The position numbers and the translations under genes were made by a program. A DNA stretch of 64,000 nucleotides, counting the filler, from Stramenopiles sp. TOSAG23-3 (lineage: Eukaryota): NCBI GenBank assembly GCA_900128585.1. It is 8 parts of 8 records of this genome, joined end to end, with 100 filler letters (N's around TTAATTAATTAA, not from the genome) between each part and the next. Parts side by side here need not be neighbours in the genome. Positions count along the whole stretch, not along the records: positions 14,163 to 28,220 come from LT642594.1; positions 28,321 to 42,324 come from LT642596.1; 6 more parts are not named here. One strand, given 5' to 3'. Below are positions 22,203-34,300 of this stretch, piece by piece. Each line of letters starts with the position of its first letter. The first letter of the stretch is position 1. The notes beneath the pieces are model-generated. The model was not told the origin of the DNA, made no database searches, and saw only the letters and a program-made list of their open reading frames with translations.

Positions 22203-22838
22203 TTGGCCGTTGTCCGGCTTACAAGAGGTAGACCGGTATAACTCTTTTTAAGCTTATTGAAATGGTCTGTTCACATACAAATAAAAGTACATCTGCAGTT
22301 GTTTGAATTTCATTTGAAATCAATTGAGTAAACTTTCGTCCGCAAACGTTTATAACAATTCATATCATAATTGTATTCTATGTATATATATTATAATTAT
22401 CACACATAAAATATGAATTTTATTATTAGCTTTTATATAAGATGTGTTTCCTTCTCCCTCTCTATAGGATTGTCTCCTCCTCCGTCCTTCGTCCTTCCTC
22501 CTCTCTTTCTTTCTTTCTTTCTTCTTTCTCTTTAATCCTCTGCTTCTTCTTCTTCTTCTCTCCTCTTTGTTTTATTTTTTATTATGAGAATTATCGTTAC
22601 TTCTATACATTTGGAACAGGTGTACAGTACTGGATTCTGTTGTTGTTTTTAGTCGTCTATATTTTGAATCTAATTAGTATGTATTATTGACACAACACCC
22701 AACCCGGTCAATACCATACCAGTCTACAAAGCGGAGGGAGTCATTGGCGAGTGTTCCATTTGCCAGGAAACCATTAAGAACGGAGACTCCCGAATTGTAG
22801 GGTTGATTTATTCTCCGGATAGAACATCAGGTTAAACT

Positions 22839-23665
22839 TTAAACAATGGTACAGCAACCACGTCGCACACCATAAATCTTTGTGCTTTTTGGTAGTGAAC
22901 GAAGGGGGCTCGTGTCCAAACACATTTTATTATTACGAAGGTCGAGATACGTGAGATTCACGAGCTCTGCCAGCGGTGCAACGTCCACGATTTGATTTCT
23001 ATGGAGTCCGAGCCGCGTGAGATTAACGAGCGTTGCCAGTGGTGCAACGTCCACGATTTGATTACTATAGAGGTCGAGCCGCGTGAGATTAACGAGCGTT
23101 GCCAGTGGTGCCACGTCCTGGATTTACCGAGACCGAGATTCGTGAGCGGAAGCTCTGCCAGTGGTGTCACGTCCCAGATTCGATTATTATAATACAGGTT
23201 GAGCCCCGTGAGATTAACGAGCGTTGCCAGTGGTGCCACGTCCACGATTTGATTGCTTTCGAGGTCGAGCGTGGTGAGATTTACGAGCCCTGCCAATGGT
23301 GCCACTTTCACGATTTGATTTTTTCGGAGGTTGAGCGTCGTGAGATGGACGAGCGTTGCCAGTGGTGCCACGTCCACGATTTGATTATTCCAGAGGTGGA
23401 GCTCCGTGAGATTAACGAGCGTTGCCAGTTGCGTCACGTCCACGATTTGATTGTTATTGAGGCGAAGGTCCGTGAGATGGACGAGCGTTGCCAGTGGTGC
23501 GACGTCCACGATTTGATTTTTACTGAGGTCGAGCTTCTTCACCTTCAGCAACTCCTCACGGAGCTCCGCCATGGTGATGTCCAGATCGAACAAACCAGGT
23601 TTAAGTTGTTTGCATGNNNNNNNNNNNATCTTCGGAAACAGTTGTGTCTTAATCGGATACTTCAT
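22839..23665 (-). pseudogene. Internalin/SDS22-type leucine-rich-repeat gene, frameshifted, with C-terminal CaaX
   Basis: 22-aa/66-bp repeats LTxLxLxxNQIVDVAPLAxLVN. Frameshift near 23120 and an 11-N gap at 23617-23627. Ends RRGCCTIV. The frameshift could be an assembly error. Confidence 0.7.
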
Positions 23666-24152
23666 TCAATGGAAGCATCTTTTTCCTCCGCATCCTCCGT
23701 CTTCCCAGGCGCGTCTTATTTGGTAGTCTATTGTAATATTATATAGGGCCCGTTAAGTTAGACTCAATTTCGTTCATTTTCTGAATAACGGACGCTTCCC
23801 CACTATTGTGACTACATATAGGACAGTGAACCTCCGAATGTGCTTCTTCCACGTCGCACGATACTTCCGTTTGCTCTGGCTCTTCTTCGTCCATCTTAGT
23901 CATAACATCATTGGTAATCATGTCCGCGTCTGGCAATTCAAACGGCATTTTATAAAAGTAAACGTGGTGTATATAGTCGCCAGAAACTAAAATCTAATCT
24001 TCTTCCAACGTAAAAAAACCTTCTAACACGCGGTCGTTATCTATCATTCTTTCTTTTCTTTCTTAGGCAAATTCATCCCTCCGTTCCTAGCCTATTTCAA
24101 GGAACGGGAGTTTGTTCGCTTCTCTTGGTACCGCGACGGGGGACGGGCGAAC

Positions 24153-24905
24153 ATGTCCAAGTATGGAGAAGTGGGCTTTTGGGACAAACGGTATTCGACC
24201 AAGGATCCGATAACTTTGAAAATACAGAAAACGTACGACTGGTACGTAGACGCTGAGGACGCAAAGAACCTGGTGCAGAGCTACCTGGCCGGAAACCTTG
24301 GGGCAAAAATTCTTATCGTTGGCTGCGGGAATTCAAACGTGACTCGACTGCTGTACAATGCGGGGTACAAGAACATTGTATGCATAGACTTTAGCCAAGT
24401 GCTTGTGGACCTTTTGCTGGAACGGGACAGAGATCTTGAAGGCGTGCAAGTGCTAACCATGGATTCTAGAAATTTAACCATGTTTCCGGACGACACGTTC
24501 CACTGCATCCTAGACAAAGCTTGCCTAGACTCGGTTATGTCTGGCAACACGTCCGTAGACGCAGCGCACGACATGTTGGAAGAAGTGTCGCGCGTGTTAC
24601 GCGTGGATGGGCTTTACCTGTCGTTTACGTACGCAAACCAAGAGGCCAGGTTTCCCCACTTGAAGAAGCCCCAGTTTCGTTGGGTTGTCGGCCAAACAAG
24701 CATGTCTACAGGGATCGATAACGACGTGTCCTACAACGTTTTTGTTTGCACGAAAAAGAGTCATGAAGACTGGGCCAAGATGATGGAGGAGGAAGAGATG
24801 TTGAAAAAGAAAAAGGAGGACGAGGAGAACAAAGACAGCGAGCAGGAAGGGCAGTTTACATTGGAGAAAACACGGAGGAAAACGGAAGTAAAGAAGAGGG
24901 GGTGA
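24153..24905 (+). CDS. Class I SAM methyltransferase, EEF1AKMT4/METTL13-N-like
   Basis: YGEVGFWDKRY, YDWY, ILIVGCGNS and ILDKACLDS motifs. Confidence 0.9.
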   Translation: MSKYGEVGFWDKRYSTKDPITLKIQKTYDWYVDAEDAKNLVQSYLAGNLGAKILIVGCGNSNVTRLLYNAGYKNIVCIDFSQVLVDLLLERDRDLEGVQVLTMDSRNLTMFPDDTFHCILDKACLDSVMSGNTSVDAAHDMLEEVSRVLRVDGLYLSFTYANQEARFPHLKKPQFRWVVGQTSMSTGIDNDVSYNVFVCTKKSHEDWAKMMEEEEMLKKKKEDEENKDSEQEGQFTLEKTRRKTEVKKRG

Positions 24906-25093
24906 TGTCCCCGCTCGTGCGCAATTACCGAGAGGAGGGCATTGCGAGGGTGCACGCACCCATGCGCTAATGCAGGATAAATATGTAATGGATATATGTA
25001 ATTTTGAGTGTTTTTTTTATAAATGATTTTAAAACATTTTTATTTGAAAGGATATTTAATATTACATTATAGTATCAACGGACTCTACCCCTC

Positions 25094-25729
25094 TTACTTT
25101 ACATCGCGCATTGCAACGCGCAAGGCGGCCGCGTCGTCAATCGTTGCAAGTTTCAGGGCAGTATCCGTCACTTTGTACAATTTCTTTATCGCCTCAAGCT
25201 TCTCTGGGCTTTTCTCCCACACGGCCGCCGCCGCATCCGGGGCAACGGCCGACCCCTGCACTGCAGAAAGCACTTTTTCCTCGCCCTGTGCAGACGCCGC
25301 CCCTTGCCTGTGTTCAAAAATAACAGCTGCGACCCTGGTCGTCCTGGCATTCGAACCAAACGTTTTTAGGGCAAAATTGATGCTCTTCGAGGCCGACAGA
25401 TTGTATAAGCATTCGGTCGCAAGCGACTCGGTCTTGCGAGTTCCTTCCACGTGGGACACGACGGCTTTGTTTGCGGCGGCCAAGAGAGTCAAGGGCCCGG
25501 CCAGGACGTCCACGTCTACGAAGGCTACTAAACCGCCATCGATGCATGCGGTTCCTGCCAACGACTTACCACCACCACCACTACTCTCAGTCGTGTTCAA
25601 TGGCTTTAACATGTCTCTTAAAGCTTCCCCGTTGGAAACATTTGAAAACAAGTACGCCCGTAACGCGTAGTCCGGGGCTAGCTCGAACATGTGCTCTATG
25701 GCCGGAACGAACGCTACTACAGACGCCAT
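25094..25729 (-). CDS. CGI121: KEOPS/EKC complex subunit Cgi121/TPRKB
   Basis: LFSNVSN, LLAAANKAV, KTESLATECLYNLSASKSINFALKTFG, IKKLYKV and RVAMRD match the Cgi121 pattern. Confidence 0.88.
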   Translation of the reverse strand: MASVVAFVPAIEHMFELAPDYALRAYLFSNVSNGEALRDMLKPLNTTESSGGGGKSLAGTACIDGGLVAFVDVDVLAGPLTLLAAANKAVVSHVEGTRKTESLATECLYNLSASKSINFALKTFGSNARTTRVAAVIFEHRQGAASAQGEEKVLSAVQGSAVAPDAAAAVWEKSPEKLEAIKKLYKVTDTALKLATIDDAAALRVAMRDVK

Positions 25730-25951
25730 CCTTTCAAACTGTGCAATACCAACTACCTTCCGCCGTTCTCAAACTCGAACGAATGATGAAAAACAGAACG
25801 TCAAATATAATGACGAAACGAATGGAGATGGGAAGAGTCGGAAAGTGATAATGAACGAAAAAGAGAGAAAAGAGAGAGAAAGTAGAAAAACTATTTAAAT
25901 AATATTATTATTATACATTCCCCACTTCTTCTCTTTTTCTTTTTTTATTAT

Positions 25952-25983
<32 letters not shown>

Positions 25984-26463
25984 TAAAAATCTTAGACTCT
26001 ATAATAATTATTGAATTGTATTTATTGTTGTGTTGTGGTGTTGTTTTTTTTTTTTTTTCTTCTTGTTGTTGTTGTTTATGTTGTTTATGTTTGTGTGATA
26101 TTACGTTGCTGTTGTCGACGCTCCTCTGGTTGGACTGGGGGGGGGATCAAAAAATAATAATAATGATGATGTGGTGATAGGTATCGTATGTGAAGAGAAT
26201 GAAGAAGAAAAAAATGTATTTTATTATTATTATTATAGTCGGTGGTCTATATTGTATTAAAATCAAAGGAAAGGAAGAATTTGATTCGAAAAAGTTAAAT
26301 TGAAGGTTAAAAAATTTAACATATATTCTTGTAGAATGGTTAGAACGTTCAATTTTAAGTATGTACGCGTGCTTATACACAATTTGCGAAAATCATTGTA
26401 CGTGCATGGGATAGTAAACTAACTACACACTGGAAAGGGTTTTGCACGTTTCCGGGTATCGCA

Positions 26464-27069
26464 ATGGCTCGTGTAACAGCAGTTGTTCGTAGTGTAGAGG
26501 AAATGGCAAAACTGGGGGGCAGAGTTGCCAGGTACGCGATGAGTCATGCAGACTTTCAAAAAACGGTAAATGGGCAGCCTGGTTTTGTGGTATTTTTGAA
26601 CGGTATTCCAGGCGCCGGAAAAACTGTCTTTGCAAGGGGGTTCGTACGAGAATGTATGAACGACCTTCATGTCGACGTCCCGTCCCCCACGTTTTGCCTG
26701 AGCCACGAGTATTGGTGCAGAGAGGCAGCGGTGCCGGTGCATCACGTAGACCTTTACCGCCTAGAATCGCCCTCATCGGAAGTGCTGGAAACAATTGGCA
26801 TACCGACTTTGTTTAACGATGCGATGTCTCTCATTGAATGGCCCGACAGGCTGAAACATTCTGGCATCCTAATTCCCAAGAACCGCCTGGAGGTAGATAT
26901 TGCTGTCAGGGACGTCGGCGGTAGCTCCATGGCGGCGGCCGATGACTTGTTCGACCATAAAACTTTTGAAGCCCTTGAAGCGCGGGAGCGGTGCGTGACA
27001 GTGAGTGCAGATCGAGACTTGCCGGCCCCTTTGATGAATTTGGTGTCGGAGTTCGGTGCAAAATCGTAA
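26464..27069 (+). CDS. tsaE: tRNA threonylcarbamoyladenosine biosynthesis ATPase TsaE (YjeE)
   Basis: P-loop LNGIPGAGKTVFARG plus VPSPTF, HVDLYRL and LIEWPDRL signatures. Confidence 0.93.
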   Translation: MARVTAVVRSVEEMAKLGGRVARYAMSHADFQKTVNGQPGFVVFLNGIPGAGKTVFARGFVRECMNDLHVDVPSPTFCLSHEYWCREAAVPVHHVDLYRLESPSSEVLETIGIPTLFNDAMSLIEWPDRLKHSGILIPKNRLEVDIAVRDVGGSSMAAADDLFDHKTFEALEARERCVTVSADRDLPAPLMNLVSEFGAKS

Positions 27070-27342
27070 CAATGCGGGACTCTATGTTTGTACATAAGTA
27101 AATATTAATAAGAGCTTAAAACATACTATATATTTTTGTTTTTTTAATAAGAGCTAAGTTAACTATGATAGATATGTTTTTCCTTTTTATTTAACTTTTG
27201 TTAAAAAATACTTTGTTTAAGAGAGTTTAGAAACGTTTTACGATAATTTTATCTCTCTCCAGAGATTAATTATATACTTTTATATTTTTTTCCAGAGAGA
27301 ACATTCTCTGCTCCGTTTTATTTTGCGTTAGATCACGCCCGG

Positions 27343-28220
27343 TCACCTTGTCTTCAGAAATCGCCGGGCTATCTCCACGGGGGTCATCATTTTCTCGACT
27401 TCACCTTTATTCGTGTTCGTGTATATGTTGGCCATCATCGCGGCGGCCGCAAGTTTTGAATCTCGGATCTTTCTTGGAGAAGGTGACATCCCCTGTGCGC
27501 CCTTTCCAAGGCGAGACTTGCGCCTGGGGGGGCGCTTAACCTTTCGGCCGTAGACTGACGAACAATGCTGAAGATGCTCTTTGCCCCGCTGCCGGTCGAA
27601 CTTGTTCGTTCTAGCCATGTACGATTTTCCATCGCGCCAAGGGTCCAATGATGTACCAACAGTTGCGCGAACTACGGACTGTTTTCCAACCTTCTTCTTT
27701 CCCAATGGAACTTCGTCTTTAGACATTATGTTTGCGTCTATGAGTTGTTGTATTGCATTTTTGTTCACAGCGGGGTATGCTGCGGTGCTTTGAGACTGTT
27801 CCGGGGCAATCTCCGTGCTAGCGAACATGCTCCCACTGGACATAAAGGAAGCATGTGTGCTCCCATGCCAGAGACTGGCTGTGTTGCCGGGAGAGGATTG
27901 GTACAGGCTCATGGATGCCTTGTTGTTGGGCATGGGCGCAGTTGTAGGGCGCAAGCGCGTGCTATTGGGCTGGGAAGATGGATATGGCAACATGCTGTTC
28001 CCCAGGATAGTGCTCTTAATGTCATCGGTCTTTGTCTCTTTGCACGTCGCATCGTTGATCTGTCCAGGAAGAAACTTTCCCAGGCGAGGCCTTGCCTGAT
28101 TGGAAAAGGTATACAGATAGTTTCGTTGAAACGGGTTTGTCGAAGTGCGCCGAGCTCTTATGTTTTCTAATTCTTTCATGCGGGCAGCCCTTTTCTTGGC
28201 ACGCTTCGCTAGTTCAATTT
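27343..28220 (-). CDS. Hypothetical protein, C-terminal part (5' truncated)
   Basis: Frame open to the contig edge with coding-like composition. No domain recognised. Confidence 0.65.
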
Positions 28221-28320
28221 NNNNNNNNNNNNNNNNNNNNNNNNNNNNNNNNNNNNNNNNNNNNTTAATTAATTAANNNNNNNNNNNNNNNNNNNNNNNN
28301 NNNNNNNNNNNNNNNNNNNN

Positions 28321-31300
28321 CCAATACACAGCACCAAGGGTACCAAAATCGACATCAGTAATTTATTCCAAAAAGGGACCTATTCATCACTTGTGTTGGT
28401 TTGTAATTTACCAGAATTTTCTTCAGAGTTCAAATGCAGGTCTGCCGAATCGGAATCGTACGTGCTTTTCTTGAAGCCGAAGTCAAAAGAAAAGACGGGC
28501 ATTTTTTTTGCAGACATTGTTGCCGTTAATGAGAGTGGAGAAACTTTGCCGTACACTTTTAGCTTCTACTCGGAGCCCGACGCCGCGAAAGTGGAGAAGT
28601 TCCATTACTGCAACGTCCCCACAATGATGGCGAAAGTTGTTTTTCCGCGTTTGAACTTTCAAATTTTTGAAGAAACCTCAAGGGATGTCATCGTTGGTAT
28701 AGTATTGGGGTCGAAAGAACACCATGCCGAAGTAGAAGTAATAGTGGACACTGATGGTGTAAGCGTAGATGCATCACTAGAGGTTCTGCAATTGTACATA
28801 CCCAAATCTGAACCTCCGGCAAACTGCGAGCAGCATTTTTTGGAGGTGTCTGCTACAAATGTCGATGTCAACCTCAAAGCAGGGCAACCATCCCAGCACA
28901 CTCTGCACTCTAGTACACGGCTTGTTTGCCTTCCAGTTGACGTGCGAGACGTCAATGGCTCTGCCGCGTGCGGTCTAAGCGTTGGAATTTTTGTACCTAG
29001 CCATCTGGGCAGCCACCTTGACCTTGTTGGAAATTTAATGTCTCCTGATACAAAGAGAGCGAAAAAGCGAAAATCGTTAATCAACGAACGCGACGCAAGC
29101 GAGGACGAGGAGGAAGGTGTTGATAGAAAGGCGGAAGAACTAAAGAATGCGGAAAATGAGAAAAAACTCAATAGAGAGAAGGCGCAATCGCTGCTAGAAG
29201 GTTCTCGGGTGAAGCTGGATGCATCTGTAGAAATAAATTTTATTGCGTCGTACGACCCTACAACTCTCTCCACGAAGAACGCAGTAGATCTTCAACTTGC
29301 CGATGGATTGGCGCTTGAATACGAAAATATAGCCCCACCAATATTTACAATGCCGATATGCACGGTGGTGGCTGTGCAGCGCAAACGAATGCATTTTACA
29401 GAAGAAAAAAATCAAATTAAGCTCGTTGTTGCCGAGAATACCACTCAAGTAGGCGTTGCCAGTGAGAATCTAGAGCAGGACTCGTTGTCTTCGTTCCATT
29501 TGGCGCTTGGTGAAAACGATGCTGGCGTGCTGTTAGCATTGAAAGACGAGCTTCTTCAGAAGTTAGAACCCGTCCAGTCAATTGTCGAAACACAAAAGGG
29601 CAAAGGGCACAAAGACATTAGTAACGATGCCCCAGATCCTAACTGCTCTGGTAACAATGTTAATCAGCAATGTCTTCAGTTCAGTAACGGGTTTCAGATA
29701 TGCCTTAAAATGGTAAATTTGCGGTCAAAAAAAGGGGCTGGAAATGTCTCAGTAGCCCATGTCACAACCATGACAAGCATCAAATGCGACGGGCTCCGGA
29801 TGTTTAGAACTGATTCAGTAAGTAACGCTCTGGAAAGGCGAAATGTAAAAATGAACAGCAAACTGGAGTTTTCAAATATAGAAATTGAAATACCTGTAAA
29901 CGATGGAAATGTGTCCTTATATTTTGATGGCGCGGTTGATCATTTGTCCGAAACGATTTCAATTCGCTCTCAAAGTGCGCGTCAACTCACTGCCACAGAC
30001 ATGCTCTCGGTATCTTTGGCGTCTGCAGGAGTGCAACTGGAAGTGTTTGATAAGGACCGACAAGATATTGTTGAGAATTTCAGTGCCATGTTCGATATTG
30101 AGCGTGCAGATAGACAAAATAGGGATGGTGACAAGTTTAGCCGCTTGTTTACGCAAGAGTTACAATTTAGCTCCGACCTCATTGCAGCGTGTATTTGCCT
30201 GGATGACATCAATGTGTACCTGGATTGTGTAAAACGAGCAACGTTGGCAATGGAGCTAATATCGAAGGCAAATGAAAACTTAAGTCAAGCTGTTGGTGAA
30301 GTCAGCGACCCCGCGGAGCCACAATTACCAAGAGTTGAAAACGGTGCACACGGAAACAACGGCATGGAACAAAAGTCTATGTTCAAAAGCACGTACGTAA
30401 AAAAGATGCACATTCGCGGAATGGCACTGAATGTACAGAGTTGTGCGAAAACGATTTTATCGGCACGATGCGATTCTATTTTTGGCACAGGGGATTTGTA
30501 CATGAAAGGTAGACCAAAAGAAATATTTATCGATCTGCACGCGTCAGGCATACACGCAGATGTGCTTACGTCCCAAGGCAATAGAAACACGTTCTCCCCA
30601 ATCATGGAAGAGTGGGCATTTTCAATATTTGTCCAAAGATTTAGAGAAGACTACATCAAAGATGGTTCCGACTATTCAAAAGGAATGCGTGTGACTATAT
30701 CGAGCCCCGGGCCTATAAATATTAATCTGGGGCCGAGTATAGTCCGCACATTGCTCCAGGCCCGCAGTCACGTCACTAGTCTGATGGGCGAAAAAGGCGG
30801 GACGGCAAACGAAATGTTTGAAGAACAAGAAAGCGATCAGAAGATGAGTGAATCATTCTCGTTGCAGGCAAACGGTGTAGTCCGCCACTTATCCGCAAAC
30901 GACCTGGCCTTGCAGTTGGCGGCTTCTGAAGATGCGTTTGTAAAAGGTTTGAAAAACATGGGCGAAACTCACAAGCCTCCAATTTACGGGGAAGAAAGCA
31001 CCGGGGCGGAAGAACTGTCTCAGCGAGAAGCGGCCGTGCTGTCGCTAAAAGGGGGGACATTTGATAGAGTTGCGAACGGGCTGGGGTCAATTGTTAACGC
31101 GCTCCAAGAAGATGTTTCTAATGTGAGTCAAGTCAGAGGTAACTTAAGAAGCTGGATGGCAGAACAGGGAGGGCGATTTTTACCCGATCTTACTGTCTCT
31201 TCGAATAATGTCGTTGTCTTTGTCCAAAATTTTTTGGATGAGTCGGTAGATATTACTGTTGATTTAATAAGTGAAGGAGGGGACAAAAGCAAGAATCAGA

Positions 31301-34300
31301 AATACTCGCAAGTTATTTCTCCCGCTGGGTTTACTCCCGGGGATGGTTCACAAAGTTCTTGCGCGGTGGAGATAGGGCGCAATAAACACACAGAAAGCGT
31401 CGTTATTGCCGCCCATGCTAAACTCCAAAAGTGGTCTGATGGCCAGCAGATAGATTTAGCAACATACGACGAAAAAATACAAGGTGCTGATCAGAAGGGG
31501 GCATTTCGTGCAACCGTAGAACGTCTGAATGTCGACGAAAACCATGTTGAAGTGGAACATATCATAATTACTCTCTACAGTGTGTGCTGGATTGTTAACA
31601 ACACCCCCGCTACAATACAGATAAGAGAAGCTGACGAATCAGAATCGTCTGCTCTTTTGGAAATCCAGCCTTATTTGCCTGAAGACATGCTGCCAGACGA
31701 AGATGTACCTCAGTACATTAAGAGGATGGACCACTCTGCATTCACGCCGCTTACGAAACAGAAAAAGACACCAGAAACGGATAGTGGAACATCAGTGGAA
31801 AATAATTCAGGGGCGCCGGTCAAAAACAAAAGAGCAATGAAAGTGCAGATTCGAACGAAGCTGTCGAAGTCATATACTTGGTCAATGTGGTCTGAGCCCT
31901 TCTCTATCGAAACAGTTGGAACGGACGGTCAAATTGAGTTAAAAACAAATGATGATGCAAAGGACATGAAGGAACAATGGGGAATTTCTGTGAGTGCCAC
32001 AAATCGTTCCAAACTAGTGTCGATAGCGCCACGATATGTGCTTATCAATAATTCTACCCACGCATTCATGATAAGGCAGACGCGATGCAGTCAAACCGGA
32101 GAGTCTGAGATTTTTGATTGGGAAAAAAACGCATTTGAACCCAAAGGCGAGGCTCGCAGTATGCATTTTGTAAAATGGACAGGGCATTTACAGAAATCAT
32201 TGCAAGTGTGTGTTGCTAAGAAGACTTATTGGAGCGACGACCTTCACGTCGACGCGGTCAGACCCCTGGGTGCCCAGTACCGTTTATTGCCACTACCCGG
32301 TGTTGGAGACAGCCTGTGCACGTTTGGCATGCAAGTGAAACACGTAGGTTCGACTACAATCATCGTTTTTGTAGATGCGCCTGGCTCGTTTTTGTGTGTT
32401 GACCAAAATGTTGAGGGACTTACTTTAAAAATGAGACAGAAAAATATTGTTGTGGACATACTTAGCACGAAGGATCCAAATGCAGCTGCCCCGAAACCCT
32501 CGCGTTCGTACTGTGGGTGGGGAAATGCCCCACAACAAGAAGAAGAAAAGCCAAAATTGCAGGATAAAGATGAATCGAAAGATACACAGCTGCCTGTCGG
32601 GTTGTGCCCAGACGACCAAAGAGGGTGGATTATAATGCATTTTGATTACGAAGGAAAGCGTCCTCTTTACCTCGATTATGACAATGGAAGCAACAACCAC
32701 TTTGATATTGCAGATGAGAATGGAAATTTGCTCGGGACTATCAATGTTGTGAAGACCGGTATGTTTAGCATAAACGATTCATTAAATGTCCGCCTTAGCG
32801 CGGAGGGTGCGTATCGTGTCTTAGAATTCGTGAAACCCGACGATGATTCTGCGGCTGCAGCTAAATTTGGGCAAAGCGCTCAGTTATTTGGTATCAATGT
32901 AGACTTGTCCAGTGTCGGTATATCCATTCTGGAAACGTCACAAGAAAACGACATTGAAGAAATCTTGTACGTCAGTTTTTTTGGTGTTGGCTTAAAATAC
33001 GCAAAGTCTGTCTCTGGCACTGTGACTACTGTGCTGTCGTGTACGTCGGTACAAATTGACAATCAGACCCCAGGGGGAAACCGTGTAGTCTTGGCCCCTG
33101 CAATGCAGCAAGAACCGGACACAATTTGGGAGCTCGATATGGTGGGCGGCTATGCCCCGTTTTTGAAAGTAGCGTTGCACCATTTCTTGGTCCATGTTGA
33201 CATCTGGAAATATAGGAGAGCAGCGAACGATATTTTTGCTGCCCAGAATGCAATTGCTAAGCATGAAAGTAAGTCGGAAACAGAAGAAAAGGTAAATGAA
33301 ATTTTCTTTGCGCGATTGCTACACGATTTCTCCCTTTTTATCATATACGAAGATCCATATGCGTCATTAAGTGTTGCAATGAAGAAACAGTGGTTGGAAT
33401 TTCGAGAAAATGTTTTGAAGCTCCCATTGGCAACGGAGAAACAAGAGTATGACGTGAGCATGAGGCCATACTTGTCTTTCCTGACGCGAGAGATTAACAT
33501 GTACAACCAGACCAAGCAGAACTTTTTCTTGGCAGTCGAGAGAAATACTGATTCATACTCTTTCAACCATTTAGAGCTTGACTTGCCCCTCTTGGACATT
33601 GAAATCCACGAAGAGTTTATTTTTTCGCTGGCTGTGCTACTTCAAGGCATTGCCGAAGATATTAAACAATTCGGGATATCAGATGACAAGTTGGAAATGG
33701 GAATGGTAGAAAACGGTTTTGATTCCCCACCTATCGTAAAGTTTGACGACCAGTTGCTTACCTTGCATTCATGTATTGCGAAGGCTACAGACGAGAACAA
33801 GCGCATTGTGTATTTCTTTGGAAATATAGATTTCCACAAAGTGGAGACTCGATTGACGTATATTGGCGCTGTTCCAGGATCCAAGAAACGATTGTCGAAT
33901 CTTTCATCGGCGACAAGTTTTCGGGTATTCAGCTCTATGATGTCGATTGAGGATTTGATTTTAATCTTTGCGTCGCTTTCGCAAAAAGATGCATCTTATA
34001 CAAATGAGGACTTCCAAAACACTGTGGGGAAATTTTATAAGGACCAGGCATTGCGAAGGCTGTACAAAGTCGTGTTGAATATTTCGGTGTTGGATACGCC
34101 CGTTCGAGCCGTTGCAGGTATTGGTAGTGGTGTATCCCAACTGTTAAATACCCCTGGGCGCGCCCTGGGGGCATTAAAAAGGGGGGAATTTATAGCTGCT
34201 GGCAAAGCCATCTGCTTTGGTGTAGGTGGGGTGGGCCGCTCAGTTGCGGGGGGCGCTGCAAAAATGGGAAGTGGCCTCATCGGTGGGTTTGGTTTTGTTT

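Noticed and set aside
22960-23520. Regular 66-bp repeats with variable interiors, resembling a CRISPR array
   Set aside because: They encode in-frame LRR units. The context is eukaryotic and no cas genes are present.
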